Below are positions 49,978 to 57,297 of a stretch of 64,000 bases of DNA, piece after piece. A model generated the notes under the pieces. The model was not told where the DNA came from, did no database searches, and was given only the letters and a program-made list of their open reading frames with translations. The stretch spans positions 65,827 to 129,826 of the forward strand of contig JACKDF010000011.1 in NCBI GenBank assembly GCA_020633655.1, written 5' to 3'. Positions within the stretch are counted from its first letter, which is position 1. Each line of letters opens with the position of its first letter. The stretch comes from Deferribacteres bacterium. GTDB lineage: Bacteria > Zhuqueibacterota > Zhuqueibacteria > Zhuqueibacterales > Geothermadaptataceae. The translations under genes were made by a program, and so were the position numbers.

Positions 49978-50970
49978 TTAATGTTGTTTCATTGCATTGA
50001 TTTTCATCAATTGACCGTGTGCTATATGCGATTCGATATAGCGAATTGTTCCTGTTTCACCCTTCATCATAATGGAGTGCGTAATTGCATTTTGCCCCGT
50101 ATACTGTACACCGCGTAATCCGGAAGTTCTGCCAGAAATGCCAGTTGCCGCAAAATAAATATCCTCACTGCGAATGAGATCATTAACCGAGTAAATTGTA
50201 TTGAGATTATAACCACTCTGCAATACAGCGTCCTTTTCCTTTTGCGATTGCGGGGCCAAGCGACACAATATTTCTCCGCCAATAATTTTAATCGCCGTTG
50301 CAGCCAAAACTCCCTCTGGCGTTCCGCCGATGCCCATCATAACATCGACCGTGGATTCATCTGAAACTGCCATAATCGCACCGGCGACATCGCCATCGCT
50401 GTGCAGTTGGATGCGCGCCCCGGCTTTTCGAATTTCTGTAATGAGTTTTTCATGACGTGGCCGTTCGAGGACGAACACCACGAGATCATCTACATCTTTG
50501 CTTAATGCCTTCGCTATATTTCGCAGATTCGTTTCGATTGGTGCATTGAGATCGATTACTTCTTTTGCTTTTGGTCCAACCACTAATTTTTCCATGTAAA
50601 AAGCCGGACCTGGATTAAACATCGTGCCGCGTGGTGCAAGCGATACAACCGATATCGCATTTGGTTTTCCGGTTGCAAGTAGACTCGTGCCTTCAACCGG
50701 ATCAACTGCAACATCCATCTGCGGGCCTTTTTTTGTCCCCAGTTCTTCGCCATTATAAAGCATTGGCGCCTCATCTTTTTCCCCTTCCCCGATGACCACG
50801 CGACCATCAATATCCATAGCGTTGAAACTCCAACGCATGGCATCCACGGCCGCGCCATCGCCGGCTTCCTTGTTTCCTCTACCTAACCAACGGGCAGCTG
50901 AAAGTGCTGCTGCCTCTGTAACACGGACTAAATCTAATCCCAAATTTCTTTTGCATGCTTCCTGAGGCAT
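49978..50970 (-). CDS. glpX: Class II fructose-1,6-/sedoheptulose-1,7-bisphosphatase (GlpX)
   Basis: LGLDLVRVTEAAALSAARWLGRGNKEAGDGAAVDAMR, VIGEGEKDEAPML, DVAVDPVEGT and MGIGGTPEGVLAA. Confidence 0.9.
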   Translation of the reverse strand: MPQEACKRNLGLDLVRVTEAAALSAARWLGRGNKEAGDGAAVDAMRWSFNAMDIDGRVVIGEGEKDEAPMLYNGEELGTKKGPQMDVAVDPVEGTSLLATGKPNAISVVSLAPRGTMFNPGPAFYMEKLVVGPKAKEVIDLNAPIETNLRNIAKALSKDVDDLVVFVLERPRHEKLITEIRKAGARIQLHSDGDVAGAIMAVSDESTVDVMMGIGGTPEGVLAATAIKIIGGEILCRLAPQSQKEKDAVLQSGYNLNTIYSVNDLIRSEDIYFAATGISGRTSGLRGVQYTGQNAITHSIMMKGETGTIRYIESHIAHGQLMKINAMKQH

Positions 50971-50994
50971 TTCATCCTCCCTGGGTTTGAATTT

Positions 50995-51675
50995 TTATTG
51001 TAACATCTTTTCCCCTGCGGTACGAATATCCTGCATCGCCTTGACGATATCCGGCTTGTTAAAAATTGCACTGCCTGCTACCAGAGTATCTGCACCGGCA
51101 GCAATTACCTGTGCAACCGTTTCTGTATTGATTCCACCATCCACTTCCAATCGTATATTTCTTCCGCTTGCCTCGATCAAGTTGCGAGCAGCCCGAATTT
51201 TATCCAAACTGCGCGGAATGAATGTTTGACCACCAAAACCTGGATTTACCGTCATAATGAGAATTAAATCGAGTTCATCGATGACATCTTCGAGAGTATT
51301 CACGTTGGTGGCGGGATTTAAAGAAACGCCGGCTTTCATTCCACACTGACGAATCGCCTGCAAAGTGCGGTGTAAGTGCGTGCACACTTCCTGGTGTACC
51401 GTGAGTATTCCGGAACCAGCTTCAGCATAGGCTTCAATGTACATATCCGGATTGGAAATCATTAAATGTGTATCGATGGGAATGTCCACGAAACGCTTGA
51501 GGGTGGCAACCATGTTATGGCCGAAAGTTAAATTGGGCACAAAGTGACCGTCCATCACATCGACATGAATGAAATCGGCGCCGTTTTTTGCAACCTGATT
51601 TACCTGCTCTTCCAGCTTGAGAAGATCAGCAGACAGGATGGATGGTGCCATGTAAATTTGGCGTGGATTTGGCAT
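50995..51675 (-). CDS. rpe: Ribulose-phosphate 3-epimerase
   Basis: APSILSADLLKL, HVDVMDGHFVPNLTFG, HLMISNP, MTVNPGFGGQ and VDGGIN. Confidence 0.95.
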   Translation of the reverse strand: MPNPRQIYMAPSILSADLLKLEEQVNQVAKNGADFIHVDVMDGHFVPNLTFGHNMVATLKRFVDIPIDTHLMISNPDMYIEAYAEAGSGILTVHQEVCTHLHRTLQAIRQCGMKAGVSLNPATNVNTLEDVIDELDLILIMTVNPGFGGQTFIPRSLDKIRAARNLIEASGRNIRLEVDGGINTETVAQVIAAGADTLVAGSAIFNKPDIVKAMQDIRTAGEKMLQ

Positions 51676-51696
51676 TGTTTTCCCTGTTTTAAAGTT

Positions 51697-52143
51697 TTAA
51701 TCCTGCTCAAAGCTTGCAATTAAATCGACTCTCCTCTGGTGTCGGTCACCTTCAAATTCCGTATCCAACCAAATATCGACCATGTCAAATGCCACTTCCT
51801 TTCCCGTTGTGCGGCCACCCATGGCGAGGACATTTGCATTGTTATGGGCACGACTCATACGTGCTGTGTACGCATCGTGGCACAACGCAGCACGAATGCC
51901 CTTGAATTTGTTGGCAGAGATGGAGATACCTATACCCGTACCACAGAGTATGATACCGCGTTCGCTTTCCTGCTTTTGCAGAGATCGGGCAACTTTGGCT
52001 GCCATTTCCGGATAATCCACAGAGTGGTGCTCAGAATCCGTTCCCATGTCTATAATTTCGATCCCCGGTTTCTTTTTTAAATAGGCTACAATTTCTTTTT
52101 TTAGTTCAAAGCCAGCATGATCTGAAGCGATACTAATTTTCAT
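51697..52143 (-). CDS. rpiB: Ribose-5-phosphate isomerase B
   Basis: MKISIASDHAGFELK, GIILCGTGIGISISANK, AALCHD, SRAHNNANVLAMGGR and RHQRRV. Confidence 0.9.
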   Translation of the reverse strand: MKISIASDHAGFELKKEIVAYLKKKPGIEIIDMGTDSEHHSVDYPEMAAKVARSLQKQESERGIILCGTGIGISISANKFKGIRAALCHDAYTARMSRAHNNANVLAMGGRTTGKEVAFDMVDIWLDTEFEGDRHQRRVDLIASFEQD

Positions 52144-52624
52144 TTATAGTCCTTTGTTAGTTTGTACAGGCCAGTCAAATATTTTTTCCAATAAAAAACT
52201 GAAAGTGAAACCGTTCGCATGATTTTTTCATGTGTTGTCTGCAGAGAGCGATGAGCTGGGATATTCTCTTCCTAATTTTAATATTTCTGAATTAAACAGA
52301 TTAAAATTTCCCGTCAATAAAATTCTATTGCGGCAGGTTCAACACAGTTTCTCATGCCCAATAAAATTAAAAAACTACGGAAATTACCCAACAACGAACA
52401 TTGTTTCTCATTGACAAATTGTTGACTTTTTTGAATGAGCGAAATGCATTATTTGAAATTGATGAGGGTGTTCAGTGCGAAGTTATGGCAATTTTCAATG
52501 GATGTTAAAAATCGAATGGATGAGCATTAACCTTTAATCCACTATTTGCAGGATTTAAACCGCACGATTAAATATACTCATCCTTTATCTTCTAAATCAA
52601 TCCTTATTCACTACAAAGCTCACT

Positions 52625-55402
52625 TTACTTCATCAAAGTGAGCTTTCGAGTGGCGATAAAAGAACCGGCACGTAGAACATAAAAGTATACGCCATTTGCG
52701 ACAGTCTGGCCAGAATCATTTCGAGCATCCCAGATAATTTCATAGCTGCCGCTGGCATAGGATTTATCCACTAGTTTTCTTACGCATTGTCCCGCAGTAT
52801 TGAATATCTCCAATCGGACGTTAGTGGCCTGCGGGAGTGCGAAACGAATTTTCGTGGAAGGATTGAATGGGTTGGGGTAATTTTGACTTAGTGAAAAATC
52901 CGTAATCTCAGCCTCTTCTTTTACAGAGAGTGGTATTTCCACATGAATCGTGCCTTGACGAGAATTCAGTATTAGGTTTGGCAGCAGTGAGTTGCTGATC
53001 TGGCAGGAATAAGCTCCTGCAACAGTTGAATCTGTTGCTGTGATAATGTAAGTCGAATCGGCCGCATTCGGAATTGCGATACTGTTATGAAACCATTGGT
53101 AGTGATTTTGACTGCCGGAAACGGAAACGGCCAATTCAGCCGATTGATTTAACTCCAGTGAAATATGCTGTGATTCCCCAATACTGTCCTGAGGTGAGTA
53201 CTCGAGCGAATAAAGTGCTGCATTCAGTTCAAGATCGGCAAAATCCAAACGATTATTTTGCACTTCCACTGAATCGAGCTGACCCATTGAAGTGAAATCC
53301 GGTATTCCGGTCAGTTTATTGTTGTTGCATCTCAGTTTTGTTAATTCAGTCAATTGCGTGATTTCCTCTGGTAAGGAACCACGTAAATCATTTGCCGATA
53401 GATCGATCGCTGTGACTCGATCGTTCGTAAGAGTTACTCCATACCAGGTCGCCAGTGATCCATTCAACCAATTTGAGTTCTCTAACCAGTCTGGTCCACC
53501 GGTGGCATAATACAGCGAAACCAGGGCCAGGGAATCTGCTTGCAGTAAAGTGCTGCAGGAAACCATAACCGTCGCTGGGCGCTGGTGCAATGTCAAGTCC
53601 GGAAAAAGTGTGTTACGAATTTCACAGGTAATCGTCGTCGAATCACTGAATTGTGGTGCGATGTACAAATAGGTGCTGTCCACCGCTTCGGGGATGCTTA
53701 AACCGCCACTGAACCATTGGAATTGCGAATTTTTGCCTCTACTTGCGGCATGAAATAAAAGACTATCTCCCGCTTGAATCGCGAAACTCGTATCTGAACC
53801 AATGCTATCTTGCGGCGAATAACTTAAGTTGGCAATAGTGAAATTAGGCTCGAGGTCTTCGAATGCCAGACGATTGTTCTCGACAGACAGATAGTCAAAG
53901 ACCGGCAGTTCGGAAAAGTCAGGCAATCCGGAGATTCTGTTGTTTTGTAAAAAAAGTTTGTTGAAAGATTCTTTATTCGCCAAAGGTACGGCAGGAACAA
54001 TGCCCTCAAGCTGGTTGTCATTGAGATAGACATAAGTTAAAAAGGGTGGAGTCCAGAGATTGGCCGGAATCGTTCCTGCAATTGCATTATGGCTGATATT
54101 GAGATAAACCAGAAATGGCGCATACCCCAGCTCAGGCGGGATTTCTCCGGTGAGTAAATTGTTTTCCAAAACCAGATATTTCAAACGCTGCATTTTGGCA
54201 AACTCTGGTGAAAGCGCGCCACGGATTTGATTGTTGGCCAATTCCAGGTTGCGCAGGTAGCGCATATTGTAAATTTTTGTGGGAAGCGTTCCGTCCAGGT
54301 TATTGTCACTGAGCTTGATTTCAGCCACATGGGGACCATCCATCGTTATGCCGTGCCAGTAGCGAATGGGTTGTGAACTCCCCCAATTGCTTCTATTTTT
54401 CCATCGATTCCCTTTTGTGCTGTTGTATAGCTCGATTATTGCCAAGGAGTCTGCCTGATCCGTCGTGGGATATTTTATCCAAACAAGTCTCGGTGCAGAG
54501 TAGAGTGTCATATTTGTAAAAATGTCGTTCGTCATGCGGCAGACATAGGTACCGCTATCGGCAGCGCTTGCATTTGCAATATTATATGGATTTTCTGTTG
54601 CGCCCGGGATTTCGACACCATCTTTCATCCATTGATAGTGCGATGAACTTCCTGCGTAAAGTACCGCCCCACCTATCCCGCTTGATCTTCCTTCATCAAT
54701 AATAGTTTTCGTGGAATAATATACTGAATCTTGCGGAAAGTAGCGGTCTCTATGACCAAGTAAGTGGTTTGCATTCAGCTCAAGATAGTGAAAACCGAGC
54801 TTGTTCGAACTTACGTTAATTTCTTTGAGGGTTGTAATTTCTGCAAGAAGAGGTATGCTGATGAATCTGTTGTTCTGAATTAAGAAACTTTCCAACTTCC
54901 GATAATTCGAAAGGGTAGAATACATGTATCCTTCGAAATTATTATTATTAAGATGGAAGGTTTTCATGTTCGTCAGCGTTTCAAACGGTGAGTTTATACC
55001 CCCTTCCAAATTATTGTAGGCAACAGAAAATCGCTCAAGGTAAATGACATTTTTAATTTCGTCTGGTATTCGACCTGTTAAATTATTCGATTGCAGCCAT
55101 AATTCTCTGATATTTCTCAGATTGAACAGATCGCCTGGAATCTGCCCTTGTAAATTATTATCATGTAAATCAAGTGTGGTGACTCGATTTCCCTCTGTAC
55201 CGACACCGTACCATTTTTCTACGGGTTGATCGCTTAACCAGTTTGTGTTATTCGACCACTTGGAACCGTTGGTCGAGTTGTAAAAGGAGACAAGAGCAAG
55301 CGAGTCTTCAGCGAGCACCTGACTTTTTATATGAGAAGATGGAATGATTAGACAGAATGCGGCCACAAGCAAAGTAAAACAAAGGCTATTTTTTGAATGC
55401 AT
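52625..55402 (-). CDS. Secreted leucine-rich-repeat / Ig-like protein with T9SS C-terminal domain (three LRR+Ig modules)
   Basis: The cap motif ADSLAL(V/I)..Y..T.G..W.N..NW......W(Y/H)G(V/I)T occurs three times, each followed by LxxLxLxxNxLxGxIP repeats and an Ig-like segment (SGTYVCRMTN, AGAYSCQISN). The tail is FSLSQNYPNPFNPSTKIRFALPQATNVRLEIFNTAGQ. Confidence 0.85.
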   Translation of the reverse strand: MHSKNSLCFTLLVAAFCLIIPSSHIKSQVLAEDSLALVSFYNSTNGSKWSNNTNWLSDQPVEKWYGVGTEGNRVTTLDLHDNNLQGQIPGDLFNLRNIRELWLQSNNLTGRIPDEIKNVIYLERFSVAYNNLEGGINSPFETLTNMKTFHLNNNNFEGYMYSTLSNYRKLESFLIQNNRFISIPLLAEITTLKEINVSSNKLGFHYLELNANHLLGHRDRYFPQDSVYYSTKTIIDEGRSSGIGGAVLYAGSSSHYQWMKDGVEIPGATENPYNIANASAADSGTYVCRMTNDIFTNMTLYSAPRLVWIKYPTTDQADSLAIIELYNSTKGNRWKNRSNWGSSQPIRYWHGITMDGPHVAEIKLSDNNLDGTLPTKIYNMRYLRNLELANNQIRGALSPEFAKMQRLKYLVLENNLLTGEIPPELGYAPFLVYLNISHNAIAGTIPANLWTPPFLTYVYLNDNQLEGIVPAVPLANKESFNKLFLQNNRISGLPDFSELPVFDYLSVENNRLAFEDLEPNFTIANLSYSPQDSIGSDTSFAIQAGDSLLFHAASRGKNSQFQWFSGGLSIPEAVDSTYLYIAPQFSDSTTITCEIRNTLFPDLTLHQRPATVMVSCSTLLQADSLALVSLYYATGGPDWLENSNWLNGSLATWYGVTLTNDRVTAIDLSANDLRGSLPEEITQLTELTKLRCNNNKLTGIPDFTSMGQLDSVEVQNNRLDFADLELNAALYSLEYSPQDSIGESQHISLELNQSAELAVSVSGSQNHYQWFHNSIAIPNAADSTYIITATDSTVAGAYSCQISNSLLPNLILNSRQGTIHVEIPLSVKEEAEITDFSLSQNYPNPFNPSTKIRFALPQATNVRLEIFNTAGQCVRKLVDKSYASGSYEIIWDARNDSGQTVANGVYFYVLRAGSFIATRKLTLMK

Positions 55403-55554
55403 GAAATTTTTCCAGGTAAGCAGTAATGTTGTAATTACGGGTTGTTACAAGGATACATTCAATGAATGGATTGCGCGGTCAATTTTCTGGGATTTTAAAA
55501 AGGGTTTTTGGAGTTGTTAATCGAATATGTTGCACATGGTTTTTTAAGCGAACA

Positions 55555-55607
55555 CAGAAACAGAAGACAGCTCTCAAAATCTACACGTCGAATTTTGGGA
55601 GCTGTCT
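55555..55607 (-). terminator. Candidate terminator after the crystallin-domain gene
   Basis: AGACAGCTC(T/C)CAAAAT arms form a ~16-bp stem with one mismatch. On the minus strand the stem is followed by TCTGTTTCTGTGTT. Confidence 0.5.
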
Positions 55608-55632
55608 CCATATACAATAAACTTAGACTAAA

Positions 55633-56679
55633 TTACCGGACGAGTGACATCTTCTTCGTGAAAATTTGCCCGCCTGTAAATAACCGATACAAATAAATTC
55701 CCGAGCTTACATTGCGTCCAATGCTATCTCGTCCATCCCAAACAATTGTATGCACCCCATTGTTTTGATGCTCATCAACAAGTGTTATGATTTCTTTTCC
55801 GGAAATTTCATAAACGAGGAGATTAACATTGCCTGCTTGATTGATAGAATAGCGGATTTGCGTTTCCGGATTGAATGGATTTGGATAATTTTGGAATAAT
55901 TTGATTTCCGTTGGTAAATCAATTTGGGATGATGTTACATCTGTGGTTTTGATTTTTTTGATACGAATGGATGAGACGTTATCGTTGAAATGAATCGTTT
56001 TTCCCAGATTCGAGTAGTCAGCGTCAACAAGCATCGAATCGCCCTTAAAATTTATGTCAGTGTATAACCAAATAACGTAGGTTAAATGCATCAATGGGAA
56101 AGGCTGTTTGATCCACAAACTGGAAGCGGTATCATTAAAGCCTATCGTTCTCAGGTCTGGAATATCTTGCCATATTGCTGCTGTGTGTCTTCCTGTAAAT
56201 CCGGCATCTGCAAATAAAGCAATCCCAGTACCATGTGTTCCGAATATATAGCCTTTGTTGGGATAATCTGGGGGACCATCTTCCAATTTGCCCATGCTTA
56301 CAATTTTACCGTGTTGCTTGTAGAGCTCTCCTACGTTGTCAGGAAAACAGTGCTGCGTTGGCATTTTTCTTCCACCAGAAAACGCATCGCAATCTCCAGC
56401 ACCCTGTCCTGAGAAATATACCAAGATTTCAGCAGCTGTTCGTTTACGTTTAAAACGATTGTAAACCCGAGTTCCATCAGCATATCGAATATACCACCAG
56501 TCATGCCAAAAGTTGTCTTTGAGGGTTATGTATACTTCCCATCCAACTTCACACACTGTAATGGTCGCACTAATATATATGTTCCCTTGGCTAATGACAT
56601 CCGCCAAACTTTGAGCTTTTGTCTGAGGAGCTGTCGCGAAAAGAAGTATCAGCAGAAAGACTGCTAATTTTGCTTTCAT
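55633..56679 (-). CDS. Secreted beta-gamma-crystallin-domain protein with T9SS C-terminal domain
   Basis: A signal peptide is present. The Greek-key-like motifs are ALFADAGFTGRH...FNDTASSLWI and WLYTDINFKGDS...FNDNVSSIRI. The tail is LFQNYPNPFNPETQIRYSINQAGNVNLLVYEISGKE. Confidence 0.7.
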   Translation of the reverse strand: MKAKLAVFLLILLFATAPQTKAQSLADVISQGNIYISATITVCEVGWEVYITLKDNFWHDWWYIRYADGTRVYNRFKRKRTAAEILVYFSGQGAGDCDAFSGGRKMPTQHCFPDNVGELYKQHGKIVSMGKLEDGPPDYPNKGYIFGTHGTGIALFADAGFTGRHTAAIWQDIPDLRTIGFNDTASSLWIKQPFPLMHLTYVIWLYTDINFKGDSMLVDADYSNLGKTIHFNDNVSSIRIKKIKTTDVTSSQIDLPTEIKLFQNYPNPFNPETQIRYSINQAGNVNLLVYEISGKEIITLVDEHQNNGVHTIVWDGRDSIGRNVSSGIYLYRLFTGGQIFTKKMSLVR

Positions 56680-56749
56680 TTTAATCTCCTTAAATTTTTG
56701 ATGAGAAAATTTTTTACAATTATTTGAATTATCCAGTTTTGGCCATTGT

Positions 56750-57079
56750 TTATGACAAACCCTGTAATATCCCTTTCCACATACTCAATGGCAGGGAATC
56801 AAGTAACGATCGTGTTCTCCCCGGGCCGGATCCACCACCGATTGTGGAAGGTTGTGAATAACCATATGCTGGTGATTTTTTTGATGTTTGAGTTTGATGG
56901 ATAAAATTCGAATTTGGCTTGTCAGAAGAATAATACGCAGGAGCAAAATACATGAATTTTTTACCCGGGTGCTTTGTTTGAAAAATCATGCATGCCTCTT
57001 TGTTAGAGCTACTAAACGCAGATTTTAAAGCGAGGATGGTTACGATGAAAACGATGGATGAATGAATGGATTTTTTCAT
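56750..57079 (-). CDS. Small secreted hypothetical protein (109 aa)
   Basis: Signal peptide MKKSIHSSIVFIVTILALKSAFS. AAAGGAGGA lies 8 nt upstream of the ATG. Confidence 0.55.
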   Translation of the reverse strand: MKKSIHSSIVFIVTILALKSAFSSSNKEACMIFQTKHPGKKFMYFAPAYYSSDKPNSNFIHQTQTSKKSPAYGYSQPSTIGGGSGPGRTRSLLDSLPLSMWKGILQGLS

Positions 57080-57144
57080 TTGTGGATCCTCCTTTTGGTG
57101 ATTATTCTAATCGCTTCGTCAGGAACGATTTCGAGATTCCAAAG

Positions 57145-57159
57145 GCGAAGTCTGTACCA
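57145..57159 (-). promoter_or_regulatory. Candidate sigma-54 (-24/-12) promoter
   Basis: The minus strand reads TGGTACAGACTTCGC. GG and GC are separated by exactly 10 nt, as in the consensus TGGCAC-N5-TTGCW. It lies 66 nt upstream of the ATG at 57079 and directly downstream of the activator gene terminator. Confidence 0.4.
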
Positions 57160-57163
57160 CAAA

Positions 57164-57197
57164 TAAAAAAGCCATTTGAAACAATCTTCAAATGGCT
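57164..57197 (-). terminator. Intrinsic terminator of the sigma-54 activator gene
   Basis: The minus strand reads AGCCATTTGAA-GATTGT-TTCAAATGGCT followed by TTTTTT. Confidence 0.8.
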
Positions 57198-57297
57198 GAT
57201 ATAATTTAAGTTATCTAATCGTTCAATTTTGCGAATACGACAGTAGCTGTTGGATTTTTTTATTTTATTAAATAAAACTTATTCCATTTAATAAATT

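Noticed and set aside
52601-52640. Hairpin AAAGCTCACTTT-N8-AAAGTGAGCTTT overlapping the stop codon of the LRR gene, considered as its terminator
   Set aside because: On the transcribed (minus) strand it is not followed by a U-tract, and half of the stem is coding. I left it uncalled.
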